NCBI GenBank assembly: GCA_030692565.1 | Contig: JAUYAO010000004.1 | Coordinates: 17,413 to 81,412 of the forward strand | Origin: Nitrospira sp. | Lineage (GTDB): Bacteria > Nitrospirota > Nitrospiria > Nitrospirales > Nitrospiraceae | Length of the DNA: 64,000 nt | Direction: 5' to 3' | In this document: positions 9,837-19,702 of the stretch, one piece after another | Layout of the letters: every line of letters starts with the position of its first letter | Numbering within the stretch: position 1 is the first letter of the stretch | Position numbers and translations under genes: made by a program | The notes under the pieces: model-generated | Database searches by the model: none | Told to the model about the DNA's origin: nothing | Seen by the model: the letters and a program-made list of their open reading frames with translations, nothing else

Positions 9837-11696
9837 ATGAGCGATTCCATGGGATGGAGAGGTCAGTGTAGATCTGTTGCCGGGGTGGTGCTTGCGATAC
9901 TGTTCGCCCTGGGGTGGGCGGGCGTGGACGTTGGTCTGGTGCAGGCGATCAGCGCCGAGCCCTCGCCACGCCGGCTTCTGGAGCAGGGGAAGGCGCTGGA
10001 GCAACAGAAACAGTTCCCGAAGGCCATCGCGGTCTATCGCCGATATTTGGCAGCCCGCCCGGAGAATGACGAAGTCCGTGCCGCATTAGCGAAGCTGCTC
10101 TCCTGGCAAGAGCAATGGGACGAAGCGAGCGCCTTATATCGGGACGTCTTGTCCCGCCATCCTCTCGATGACGAAAGCCGCGTGGCTCTTGCGCGGGTGT
10201 TGTCGTGGCAACAGCGCTACGACGAGGCCAAGCAGGAGTATGAGCGGGTTCTCCGCGATCATCCGCAACATCCTGATGCGCTGACCGGGCTCGCCGATGT
10301 GCTGGTGTGGAGCGGTCATCCGGACCAGGCGATTCCGTATTATCAACGTGTGGTGGAGGCCACGGGCGATCCGGCACTCGCATCACGCCTCCATTCACTG
10401 AAGGCCGAGTCCTCTCAAACAATCGCCCCGCCGGTTCAACGCCCGGCACCCGTGCCAGCCCCGGTCCGGGAGGCCGAGTCTGTCTCTGCCGATGCGAGGC
10501 AGAGAGTGGAGCGCGGGCGCCAGTTCGAGGCGGCGCGGCAGTACGGCGAGGCGGTCGCCCTCTACCGTGAAGGACTGCGCCGGTCTCCTGAAAACGATGA
10601 GGTGCGTGGTTCATTGGCGCGCGTCCTGTCGTGGCAGGGCGCGCACTCCGAGGCGGCCTCGTTATATCGTGAGGTGTTAGCGCGCCATCCCAAGGATCAG
10701 GATATTCGTGTGGCGCTGGCGCAGGTGCTCTCGTGGCAGAAACAATTCCCCGACGCGCAGGCTTTGTATGAACAGGTGGTTCGGGAAGAGCCTCGCCATC
10801 TAGAGGCGCGCCGCGGGCTTGCGGAGCTGGCGCATTGGCAGGGGAACCGGACAGAGGCCTTGGCGCGTTACGAGGCGCTGGTGGCCGAGACGCACGATCC
10901 GGACATCGAACAGCAGCTGCGCAACGTACGATCCGAACTGCTGGTCTCGCCGCGGGCGGCCGTGGGGCAAGGGTTGACCGGGCTCCGTCTGCCCTATCGC
11001 GACTACGCCAAGATTGGCTACGGGCACTACACCTACACGCGGAGCCAGCCGGATGAGCGGGATCTCCTCTTTGAGGTGGCCAAGCCGATCGGCGATCAGA
11101 CGCTGGTGGTTCGGGCCGAGCCGATCAATCGCTTTGGCTCGCACGACACGCCGCTGTCGGCCGAGTTGTACAGTCCGCTCTGGAAGCGGGCCTGGGGCTA
11201 CGTTGCGGCACAAGGGACCATCAATCCGCATTTCGCCCCCAACTATTCGTTCGTCGGCGAGATGGCGCAGGGGTTGGGCGGCGTCCATGCCGCGCTGGCT
11301 CCGTTCGAAGTGTCATTCGGCTATCGTCGTTTGAATTATAAGAAAGACGACATCGATCTCCTCATGCCCGGATTGACCATCTTCCTGCCGTTCAATCTCT
11401 GGCTGACCGAGAAGGTGTATCTGATCCCCAATACCGGGGCCTTCACATTGTCCTCGCAATTGACCTGGCGGCCGACGGAGCGGGTGCAGGTCTTCGCGTC
11501 GGGGTCGTTCGGAACGTCGGGCGAACGGATCGTGGCCACGCAAGATTTTACCCGGGTGCAGAGCCGGACGCTCCAAGGGGGAGTGACGGTCCCTGTGACC
11601 GATCGATTTTCGGTTGAGGCGTCGGGCTATTACGAAGACCGCGGATTTCTCTATGTCCGACGGGGCGGCAACCTGAGTCTGATCTATCACTGGTAG
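9837..11696 (+). CDS. TPR-repeat / outer-membrane beta-barrel export protein (PgaA-like)
   Basis: Six repeats of the (A/S)LA(R/Q)VLSWQ...EA type. The C-terminal third is beta-strand-like and ends in LIYHW (aromatic OMP terminus). The ATG at 9837 precedes a signal peptide. Confidence 0.7.
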   Translation: MSDSMGWRGQCRSVAGVVLAILFALGWAGVDVGLVQAISAEPSPRRLLEQGKALEQQKQFPKAIAVYRRYLAARPENDEVRAALAKLLSWQEQWDEASALYRDVLSRHPLDDESRVALARVLSWQQRYDEAKQEYERVLRDHPQHPDALTGLADVLVWSGHPDQAIPYYQRVVEATGDPALASRLHSLKAESSQTIAPPVQRPAPVPAPVREAESVSADARQRVERGRQFEAARQYGEAVALYREGLRRSPENDEVRGSLARVLSWQGAHSEAASLYREVLARHPKDQDIRVALAQVLSWQKQFPDAQALYEQVVREEPRHLEARRGLAELAHWQGNRTEALARYEALVAETHDPDIEQQLRNVRSELLVSPRAAVGQGLTGLRLPYRDYAKIGYGHYTYTRSQPDERDLLFEVAKPIGDQTLVVRAEPINRFGSHDTPLSAELYSPLWKRAWGYVAAQGTINPHFAPNYSFVGEMAQGLGGVHAALAPFEVSFGYRRLNYKKDDIDLLMPGLTIFLPFNLWLTEKVYLIPNTGAFTLSSQLTWRPTERVQVFASGSFGTSGERIVATQDFTRVQSRTLQGGVTVPVTDRFSVEASGYYEDRGFLYVRRGGNLSLIYHW

Positions 11697-11699
11697 GGT

Positions 11700-13604
11700 A
11701 TGGAACGATCAATCCTCATCCGTCTGACTGGAGTCGCAATCCTTTTTCTGTCGATCGTCATCGGGTCGTGGGTCTTGTTCGGCCCGCGATCTATTCAGCA
11801 CATCGACCTTCCCGATCAGGCCTTCCATCGTTTCCCCGGCGTCTCAGGTCCCGATCATGCCACCGTTGTACCCCCGCGCGTGTCGACGGCGTGGACGACC
11901 TATGCAGAAGGGGCGAAGAGCCGCCTGGCGATCTTATTGACCGATCCGGATTCCTCCTGGCTGGGATTGGCGCATGGGCTCAAATCCATCGGCGTCCCCT
12001 TTCTCATCACGCGCGATGTTCGTGAAGCCCTGACGCATCAGGTGGTGGTGGTCTATCCGATGATCTCGGGGAAGGTGCTCAGTTCCCAAGAGCTACAGGC
12101 GCTGGCCGAATTTCCCCAAGCCGGCGGGACGTTGATCGGGGTACAGGTATTGGGCGGCGGGTTGAATGAGACCTTCGGTTTTCGCGAGGCGTTGGTCTCG
12201 CGGGAGCGCTATGACCTGCACCTGGCGGAGTCCGACCCATTGCTGGCGGAGTTGACCGAGCTGCGCGAGCGGCATCTCCGTGTCGGCATTCGAGACAAAG
12301 GGATCGAGGTGATGGGAACCTACGGTTATACGGAGAGTGAGGCCCCGCTCGCCCGATTTGACGACGGCACTGCGGCCGTCACGCAGAAAACCTACGGTAA
12401 AGGCCGAGCCTATGCCATCGGGCTTGATCTCGGCTTCCTGCTGCTCAAAGGGTACAACAATCGCGGAGAGGAACTTGTTCAGACGTTCGACAATCAGTTT
12501 GATCCGACGCTCGATGTCTGGCTGCGGCTGCTGAAGTCGATCTATCGCGCCGCCCAGGCAGGCGCGGTGACGCTGGGCACGGTGCCCTTCGGCCAGTCGC
12601 TCTCGGTCATGCTCACGCACGATGTGGATTTTACGGAGTCCATTAAAAACGCGGTGGATTATGCGGAGTATGAGAAGAGTCAGGGGTTGATTGGCACGTA
12701 CTTTATCCAGGTGAAATACATTCGCGACTACAACGATGATATTTTCTTCAATGACGAAGGGGTGCGGTATCTCGCGCGTCTTGCAGGTCTCGGCATGGAG
12801 CTGGGGAGTCACACGATCGCCCACTCGAGGGTCTTCAACCGGTTTCCGATGGGGACGGGGCGCGAGGCCTATCCCGCCTATGCGCCGTTCGTGAAGGATC
12901 GGACGACGGCCTTGAACGCGAGCATCCTCGGCGAATTGCGGGTCAGTAAGTTCTTGATCGATCACTTTTCAGGCCAGTCCATCGTGTCATTCAGGCCGGG
13001 CGAGTTGTCCAATCCCTTCAGTCTGCCTCAAGCCCTGCTGGCGACCGGATATCGATATAGCTCAACGGCCACCGCGAACAATTCGCTGACCCATCTGCCG
13101 TATCAGCTGAACTATGATCGATTGACGGACAGCGAAGTCGAACTGTTCGAGTTCCCCGTCACGATTGAAGACGAGGAGCTGCCGAAGATGGGCGACCGGC
13201 TGCCGGAAGCCTTGGAGGTCGCGCGCCAGATCAGCCGGTACGGTGGCTCAATGGTTGTGCTCATCCATCCCAATATCCTCGATCATAAACTGGCCTTTGA
13301 AAAAGGGTTTGTCGAAGGCGTGCGGTCTTATGCCTGGTTTGGGTCGGTAAGGGAATTCGGGCGCTGGTGGGCGGCGCGCAATCAGGTGAAACTCGACGTG
13401 GCTCAGGATGCAACGAGCCTTACGGTGACGATTGCGTCTCCTGAATCGGTGGACGGATTGACCCTTGAGATACCGGCGGGCTGGAGACTGAGTGCAGCGG
13501 GTTCGTCATTGCAGGGCATCCAGCAACGGAGTACCGCGGTCATTCTGCCAGAATGGCAGGGCACGCACAGGCTGGTCTTTTCATCGAGCCGGTCGTCGAA
13601 GTAG
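11700..13604 (+). CDS. polysaccharide deacetylase (CE4/NodB-type) with N-terminal extra domain
   Basis: LTHDVDF and GSHTIAHS correspond to CE4 motifs 1 and 2. An N-terminal TM/signal anchor is present. Confidence 0.7.
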   Translation: MERSILIRLTGVAILFLSIVIGSWVLFGPRSIQHIDLPDQAFHRFPGVSGPDHATVVPPRVSTAWTTYAEGAKSRLAILLTDPDSSWLGLAHGLKSIGVPFLITRDVREALTHQVVVVYPMISGKVLSSQELQALAEFPQAGGTLIGVQVLGGGLNETFGFREALVSRERYDLHLAESDPLLAELTELRERHLRVGIRDKGIEVMGTYGYTESEAPLARFDDGTAAVTQKTYGKGRAYAIGLDLGFLLLKGYNNRGEELVQTFDNQFDPTLDVWLRLLKSIYRAAQAGAVTLGTVPFGQSLSVMLTHDVDFTESIKNAVDYAEYEKSQGLIGTYFIQVKYIRDYNDDIFFNDEGVRYLARLAGLGMELGSHTIAHSRVFNRFPMGTGREAYPAYAPFVKDRTTALNASILGELRVSKFLIDHFSGQSIVSFRPGELSNPFSLPQALLATGYRYSSTATANNSLTHLPYQLNYDRLTDSEVELFEFPVTIEDEELPKMGDRLPEALEVARQISRYGGSMVVLIHPNILDHKLAFEKGFVEGVRSYAWFGSVREFGRWWAARNQVKLDVAQDATSLTVTIASPESVDGLTLEIPAGWRLSAAGSSLQGIQQRSTAVILPEWQGTHRLVFSSSRSSK

Positions 13605-13619
13605 CGGCTGCCCCGGCCG

Positions 13620-14720
13620 TTAAGCCGGAGCCACTCCGGGAGTTAGCGCAAAAGAGTCCTGGATTCTCTTGGCGACGAAGGGGGTGAGCACCTTCCGCGC
13701 TTCCGTCGTCGGCAGCGTTTGCACAAGGATCGATAGTTTCTCGTCTGTCATTGACGGCAGAATGGAGAGGGCCTCCGCGGCTCTGTATCGCACCCACCAG
13801 TGGGAGTCGCCCAACAATCCGATCAAGTGTTCTTCATCTTCCTCGACGCCCATCTTTCCAAGGGCTGACGCAGCGTGGACTCGAATAAACCACGTCGGGT
13901 GGGTGAGGTACTGTCGCACGGTGGAGAGATCCTGCGGGTCGGAGCATTGCCCGAAGAGCGAAAGGCACCCGGCCAGCACGTCTTCATGCAGGGGACGCCG
14001 GGCAAGGAGAGGGCGAATCAGCGGCAAGGCGCGATGATTCCTGATCGAAGCGAGAAAGCGGATTAGACGAGCGGCAATCAGCGGCGGTGCGTGTCCCGCG
14101 GCTTCCCCGAGCGCGCGGGCGACGAGTTCATTTCCCGCGCCCTGGAGGATGGCCAGCACTTTGAGCGGAGACCAATCGAGACGTTGGGACATCAACGGGA
14201 CCAACACAGGAATCGCGCGCGGGGCATCGATTCGCACAAGGGCGCGGGCGGCCTCAAGAGAGCGAAACGCATTTGCGTCATGCGCGAGTTCGACGAGGCG
14301 CAGCCAAGCTGAGGAGTCTTTCAAGTGGCCGAGCGTGACGATCGCCAGGAGTTGTTGCCGCAGCGTCCCTTTGGCCAAATAGTGGTGCACGACGTGATCC
14401 ATGCCGGTCCGCCGTATCACCGCGCACAGTTCGTCTGACGACTCTCCTTTGATGGACTCCTGCAGATGATTCCATAAATAGAGAAACAGCACCCGGTCGC
14501 GCGGGTGGATCGGCGGGAGGGTGTCAGGCGCTTCGATCAAGCTCTGGGACAGGATCGGACGCCAGACGGTCACCATCTGTTGGCGCCGTCGGTCGGTCGA
14601 GACACGGAGTCGACGGATGATGAGCGTCCATCCGAGGAGGAACAGAATCAGACCATGAATGGTGAAGGTGGTCAGCCAGCCGACGTCCATAATTGACTGG
14701 GAGAGAGTGTTTTCAACCAC
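13620..14720 (-). CDS. membrane-anchored HEAT-repeat protein
   Basis: One N-terminal TM helix, then PBS-lyase-type HEAT repeats (for example LLGDSHWWVRYRAAEALS). GTG start at 14720; the alternative ATG is at 14690. Confidence 0.65.
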   Translation of the reverse strand: MVENTLSQSIMDVGWLTTFTIHGLILFLLGWTLIIRRLRVSTDRRRQQMVTVWRPILSQSLIEAPDTLPPIHPRDRVLFLYLWNHLQESIKGESSDELCAVIRRTGMDHVVHHYLAKGTLRQQLLAIVTLGHLKDSSAWLRLVELAHDANAFRSLEAARALVRIDAPRAIPVLVPLMSQRLDWSPLKVLAILQGAGNELVARALGEAAGHAPPLIAARLIRFLASIRNHRALPLIRPLLARRPLHEDVLAGCLSLFGQCSDPQDLSTVRQYLTHPTWFIRVHAASALGKMGVEEDEEHLIGLLGDSHWWVRYRAAEALSILPSMTDEKLSILVQTLPTTEARKVLTPFVAKRIQDSFALTPGVAPA

Positions 14721-14742
14721 GCCTATTCCCCGCTATCTCCAG

Positions 14743-15141
14743 CTAGGCCGCGACTTTGAGGAAGCGACTCAGCCGTGCGGTGAGTTCCCGCGGGTTGAAA
14801 GGTTTCACCATATAGTCATTCGCGCCTGCGGCCAGGGCCTGTTGAATGTCATGCTCGCTTGAATCTGCGGTGAGCATGATGATGGGAACCCGCTGCCATT
14901 CAGTCTTGTTCCGAATATACGGGAGTAGCTGCAGGCCGCTCACGTGCGGCAACATGATGTCGAGCAAGATCAGGCTCGGCGGCGCCATGGTGTCGATCAA
15001 CTGCTGCGCTTGGTGGCCGTCGGGTGCATGGACGACATGGTACCCGGCGCGTTCCAGGAGAAATCTGATCAAGCCGGCGGTATCTTCCTCATCCTCCGCC
15101 ATCAGCAATGTGGGTTTCCCCGAGGGTGTTGTCTCCGTCAT
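14743..15141 (-). CDS. single-domain response regulator (REC only)
   Basis: LLMAEDEED ... LILLDIMLP ... typical CheY-like receiver. AGGAGA RBS. Confidence 0.9.
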   Translation of the reverse strand: MTETTPSGKPTLLMAEDEEDTAGLIRFLLERAGYHVVHAPDGHQAQQLIDTMAPPSLILLDIMLPHVSGLQLLPYIRNKTEWQRVPIIMLTADSSEHDIQQALAAGANDYMVKPFNPRELTARLSRFLKVAA

Positions 15142-15171
15142 GTGCTCTCCTTTCTCTCTCCGTCGTCGTCG

Positions 15172-15510
15172 CTAGTCGAACACCACTTGGACTTGCTCAA
15201 GATATGTTGCGAGCAGCGCCAGCTCTGTTGCAATCGGGGCCGCTGATCCCGCCTTCGCGGCTTGTTCGATCGCGGCGGCCATCGTAGTAACACGATCGAA
15301 GCCATAGCTGCCGCCGGCTCCTTTCATGCCATGGGCGATCTTACGGACGGTCTCAAAGTCCTGTTGCGCCAGCGCCTCCCGCATGGTCACGACCTCTTTC
15401 TTGCGATTGGTCATAAATTTCGGCAACAGGTCTTCAAAATCCGCTTCCACGTGGACGATCATCGCGTCGTCTGTCGATACCGGATGAAGTGGGGGTGTGA
15501 TGTGCATCAA
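15172..15510 (-). CDS. Hpt phosphotransfer protein
   Basis: HGMKGAGGSYG Hpt histidine motif. The start overlaps the kinase stop (ATGA). Confidence 0.85.
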   Translation of the reverse strand: MMHITPPLHPVSTDDAMIVHVEADFEDLLPKFMTNRKKEVVTMREALAQQDFETVRKIAHGMKGAGGSYGFDRVTTMAAAIEQAAKAGSAAPIATELALLATYLEQVQVVFD

Positions 15511-18500
15511 GCAGCCTCCTGGTGATCGGGATGTCGGGCATAGTGGCGAATGGCCTCCAGCAGCGCCTTTTTCTTAATCGGTTTCGTGAGATGCGCCGTG
15601 CAGCCGGCCGAAAGACTTTTCTCGAGTTCTTCGGGGAATGCATTGGCCGTGAGCGCCAAGATCGGAGTCGGCGCGCGCCGGTGTTCGTGTTCCCATTCCC
15701 GAATCCGATGGGTGGCGACATACCCGTCCATGACGGGCATCTGCATGTCCATGAAGACGAGATCGTAGGTGCCCGCTTTGAACTTCTCCAATGCGATCGC
15801 CCCATTTTCTGCCATGTCGAGTTCATAGGCTGTGGTTTTCAAGAAGAGCGCGACGACGTCGCGATTGTCTTCGAGATCCTCGGCGAGGAGGATTCGGCCT
15901 ATCGCAGACGGTCGGGCCGGGACATGCGGTGTTTCGGCGGATGCTGGGAGCGGAGTGGTTGCCGGAGTCTGGTCGAGGGAGATCTGTGGTATTTCGGTCA
16001 GGGTACTGTGGACGGCGTTGAGCAGCGCTATGCTTCGAATGGGCTTGCTGAGATGCTGGCGAATGCCCAAGGCGTGAGCTTTCGTCGCGTTTCCGCTGCC
16101 CGCGTCGGATGTCAGCATGATGGTTGGCGTCTTGGATAATTCCGGGGATGCGCGCATCGCCTCGGCGACGGAGAAACCGTCCATTTCCGGCATGCGACAA
16201 TCGAGGATGACGAGATGAAATGGGATGCCGTCGGTGTGGGCCTTCTGCATCGCAGCCAACGCGGCAGGGCCGTCACCGGCTTCGACGATACTGGCGTCTG
16301 TTCGGGCGAGGATGTCGTGGCAGACCAGGCGATTGGTTTCATGGTCATCGACGATCAGCATGCGCGTGCCGGTCAGGCGCAGGCCGGTCCCGTCGCCGGC
16401 GGGAGGCTCTGAGGCGGCCTGCGGCAGGCGTACGGTGACATGCATGGTGCAGCCCGCTCCGAGCGTGCTTTCAGCCCAGATGCGTCCGCCCATCAGTTCA
16501 GTCAGGCGCCGGGAGATGCTGAGCCCCAGCCCGGTGCCGCCGTATTTTCTCGTCGTGGAGGAATCGACTTGCGTGAAGTTTTCGAAGATTGTATTCAGCT
16601 TGTCTTCGGGAATGCCGATGCCGCTGTCCGTCACGCTGAAATGCAGCAGGCCCTCTGGGGAGGCGTCGTGCGGCTGCACCCGCAGGATGATTTCGCCCCG
16701 CTCGGTGAATTTAATGGCATTGCCGAGGAGGTTGAGCAGGATCTGCCTCAGACGCGTGGGATCTCCCATCACGAACTGTGGGGCATCAGGCGCCACATGG
16801 GTGATGAGTTCGAGCCCTTTTGCCTGTGCCCGCACAGCCATGAGTTCGCCGGTGGTTTCGACGAGTTCCCGAAGATCGAAGGGAATAGTTTCCAGCGTCA
16901 TATGGCCGGATTCGATTTTCGATAAATCCAAAATGTCGTTAATCAGTCCCAGCAAGGCGTTCGCCGCCCGACTGAACCGATTCACAAAATTCTTTTGTTC
17001 GTCGGTGAGCGTGGTTCCCAGCAACAGATCGGCCATGCCGATGATAGAATTCATGGGGGTACGGATTTCATGGCTCATCGTGGCGAGGAACGCGCTCTTG
17101 GCTTGCGTAGCTGCCAAGGCCTGATCTCGCGCTTGCTCGAGTTCGCGATTCTGTGATTCGAGATGCTCGGCAGCGATCCGTATAGCCTCATCCGATTTTT
17201 TGCGCGCGGTGATGTCCCGGACAAATCCGGTAAAGAACCGGCTGTCTGCGAGACGGATTTCGCTGATGGCCAGTTCGATCGGAAATAATGTGCCGTCTTT
17301 CTTGACGCCGGCGACTTCCACTTCTTTCCCGATGACGTTGGCGTGACCGGTCTGGCGATAGTGTTGGAGATAGCCGTCATGGGCTGATTGGTGCGGCTCC
17401 GGCATGAGGCGGGAGATGTTGGTGTTGATGATCTCTTCGGCTGTGTAGCCGAAGATCCGTACCGCCGAGGGATTGAACGAGGTGACGGTGCCGCGCTCGT
17501 CGATGGTGATGATGCCGTCGGCCGCATGGTCCAGGATGGCCCGCATCCAAGCTGTGTGTCGCGTCAGCGCTTGCTCAGCGGTTTGTCGCTGCATCGTATT
17601 CCGATAGGACCGCAGAATCTGGCCGCAGGTTTGGAGAAACGGATTCAGATAGTCGATCAGTGAAGCGTGATAGCCCTCCGGTCGTCCGGCCATGGCCACA
17701 ACCCCGACCACTCGATCACCTTCTAACAGCGGAAGGCCGAGGAGTGTTTGAAAAGAGGGATGGCCGGAATCATTAATCAGGACTGGGTGCCCGGTGGTAA
17801 GCACCCGTTGCAAATGTTGCTGGAGGACTTTCTCCTGTTTCTCTGACGAGGGCTCTGACGTGGCAGGGAACGTATGGGCATGGATGTGGAGAGATGGGGG
17901 AGCCTCGTTGGTGAATTCCGCCTCCCCAACGATTCCGTAGGGACTCCGAGTGAGGATTTGCAGTCGGGTGAGCAGTCTGGCAAACATCTCTTCGGTCCGG
18001 ATGTCTGAGATAAACGCGTCCTGCACTTCGGAAATCGCGGATAATAATTCTTGCTGGGCCTCAGTCTGGAGTGTCACCTGTTTCAAGGCTGTGACGTCTT
18101 TCGCAATGCCGAGAAATCCTGTCAGCGCGCCGTTGGGCCCTCGCACGGCCGTGACGACCAGACTGACGGTAATGCCGTCGCCGTCTTTGCGAAGGTAGGT
18201 CCATTCCCGTTCTTCGTAGCCTCCCATGCGCGCCGCTTCAACCAGGACATCGGCACCGGCCAGCGGACGTCCGAATCGTTCAGAGAGCTGATGCCCGCGA
18301 ACGGCTATTTCCGACGGGAGGTGGAAAGAGTCGAGGGTGCGCTGTCCGATGACTTCATCGGCCTGGTAGCCGAGCAGGCGCTCGGCGCCGAAGTTAAAGA
18401 GCGTAATGAGGCCTTGCGGATTGGTGGCGATGATGCCGATTTCCGTGGCGGAATCGAGGACGGTTTGCAGACGTGCCCGAGTGTCGGCGATTTCCTCCAG

Positions 18501-19412
18501 CGCCTGTTTTTGCGCGGTGATGTTGCTGCAGGTCCAGATCAGCCACTGTTCTTCATGGTGCCGCTCCGGAAGCGTTTTCAAGGAGGCTTCGACCCAGATG
18601 GACTCGCCGGATTTGGTGCGGCCGATCAGATCTCCCCGCCAGATGCCGTGCTGTCGGAGGAGGGGGAAAAACACGTCGTCGAGTTTCGCGACCCATTCGG
18701 GTGGATAGAGCGTCGTCCAGGATTGTCCGATGAGGTCGATGGGACGAAAGCCATACATGCCGGCAAAGGCGTCGTTGACGAACGTATAGCGGCCTTCTTT
18801 GGTCAGGAGGGCGACGCCCTCGGTGCTATGTCCCAATGCCAGGAGCAGCCGCTCATGCATCGCTTCGGCTTGCCGCTGGGCTTGGGCACTCTGGGCGAGT
18901 TGCTTGGCGCGTTGGCGGAGCTCCAACTGGCTTATAACTTGCCGTGCCAGGGCGGTGAGGGCCTGCTCCTGTTTTTGGCTGACATGGCGGGGATGACGGT
19001 CGAGCACACAGAGGGTGCCGATCGCATCGCCATCGGCAGTGAGGAGTGGAATGCCTGCGTAGAAGCGAATGAACGGCTCTCCCGTGACCATGGGATGATT
19101 CGCGAATCGAAGATCGGCCAAGGCATTAGGAAGCACGATGGGGTGCGATTGCATGATGGTATGGGCGCAGAGCGAGCGATCTCGCGGGAGTTCGGTCTGG
19201 GGAATTCCGATGCGGGATTTGAACCAGAGGCGGGTCCGATCCATGAAGCCGATGTAGGCCATGGGGGCTCCGCAGATTTGTGTCGCGAGCTGGCATAGGT
19301 CGTCGAAGGCCGGCTCAGCTTGGGAGTCCAGGATGCCATAGCGCAACAGGGCGTCGTGGCGTCGATATTCATCTTGCGGCTGTATAGAAGGCTTCATCAC
19401 GCTCGGTGGCAT
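15507..19412 (-). CDS. multi-domain hybrid histidine kinase (GAF, several PAS, GAF, HisKA-HATPase, two REC)
   Basis: 1301 aa. H-box MSHEIRTPMN, G-boxes GTGLGLSI, and two receiver domains (MLIVDDHETN; ILLAEDLEDN). Confidence 0.9.
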   Translation of the reverse strand: MPPSVMKPSIQPQDEYRRHDALLRYGILDSQAEPAFDDLCQLATQICGAPMAYIGFMDRTRLWFKSRIGIPQTELPRDRSLCAHTIMQSHPIVLPNALADLRFANHPMVTGEPFIRFYAGIPLLTADGDAIGTLCVLDRHPRHVSQKQEQALTALARQVISQLELRQRAKQLAQSAQAQRQAEAMHERLLLALGHSTEGVALLTKEGRYTFVNDAFAGMYGFRPIDLIGQSWTTLYPPEWVAKLDDVFFPLLRQHGIWRGDLIGRTKSGESIWVEASLKTLPERHHEEQWLIWTCSNITAQKQALEEIADTRARLQTVLDSATEIGIIATNPQGLITLFNFGAERLLGYQADEVIGQRTLDSFHLPSEIAVRGHQLSERFGRPLAGADVLVEAARMGGYEEREWTYLRKDGDGITVSLVVTAVRGPNGALTGFLGIAKDVTALKQVTLQTEAQQELLSAISEVQDAFISDIRTEEMFARLLTRLQILTRSPYGIVGEAEFTNEAPPSLHIHAHTFPATSEPSSEKQEKVLQQHLQRVLTTGHPVLINDSGHPSFQTLLGLPLLEGDRVVGVVAMAGRPEGYHASLIDYLNPFLQTCGQILRSYRNTMQRQTAEQALTRHTAWMRAILDHAADGIITIDERGTVTSFNPSAVRIFGYTAEEIINTNISRLMPEPHQSAHDGYLQHYRQTGHANVIGKEVEVAGVKKDGTLFPIELAISEIRLADSRFFTGFVRDITARKKSDEAIRIAAEHLESQNRELEQARDQALAATQAKSAFLATMSHEIRTPMNSIIGMADLLLGTTLTDEQKNFVNRFSRAANALLGLINDILDLSKIESGHMTLETIPFDLRELVETTGELMAVRAQAKGLELITHVAPDAPQFVMGDPTRLRQILLNLLGNAIKFTERGEIILRVQPHDASPEGLLHFSVTDSGIGIPEDKLNTIFENFTQVDSSTTRKYGGTGLGLSISRRLTELMGGRIWAESTLGAGCTMHVTVRLPQAASEPPAGDGTGLRLTGTRMLIVDDHETNRLVCHDILARTDASIVEAGDGPAALAAMQKAHTDGIPFHLVILDCRMPEMDGFSVAEAMRASPELSKTPTIMLTSDAGSGNATKAHALGIRQHLSKPIRSIALLNAVHSTLTEIPQISLDQTPATTPLPASAETPHVPARPSAIGRILLAEDLEDNRDVVALFLKTTAYELDMAENGAIALEKFKAGTYDLVFMDMQMPVMDGYVATHRIREWEHEHRRAPTPILALTANAFPEELEKSLSAGCTAHLTKPIKKKALLEAIRHYARHPDHQEAA

Positions 19413-19702
19413 CCGGTCACGAATGCAATGGTTCAGTTCGTTAGGCGATAACCCTTAGCCAAGGATGGACCGCCGGAGCGCAGAACAGTGCCACATCTCC
19501 GGCTATCTTCTCGGTAAATTCCCGTGCAATCTTGAGCGGTTGATGAGTGGGGTGGTCTGTAGGACTCCGCTCCCCGCCTTCCGGGAAGACGGCCTCTGGT
19601 GTAACGGGTCTGATTGCCTGGTCTGCTTGAGTTTTGGGGGGATGCATTGTAAGGTGACGGGGCGACCCTGCCAGATTCTTTTTCCCTTTGGAGCGTGCCT
19701 GA

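Noticed and set aside
12093-12965. 290-aa minus-strand ORF
   Set aside because: Antisense to the CE4 deacetylase gene, with no motifs.
16225-19298. Several 160-415-aa plus-strand ORFs (16225..17124, 16440..16925, 18051..19298)
   Set aside because: All are antisense to the 1301-aa hybrid kinase, whose H, N and G boxes and receiver motifs are intact.
19478-19493. TGGCAC-containing sigma-54-like motif on the minus strand upstream of the hybrid kinase (TGGCACTGTTCTGCGC)
   Set aside because: The GC dinucleotide is one position too early (or one too late) relative to GG. Sigma-54 promoters do not tolerate that spacing change, and the TTGC element is absent.
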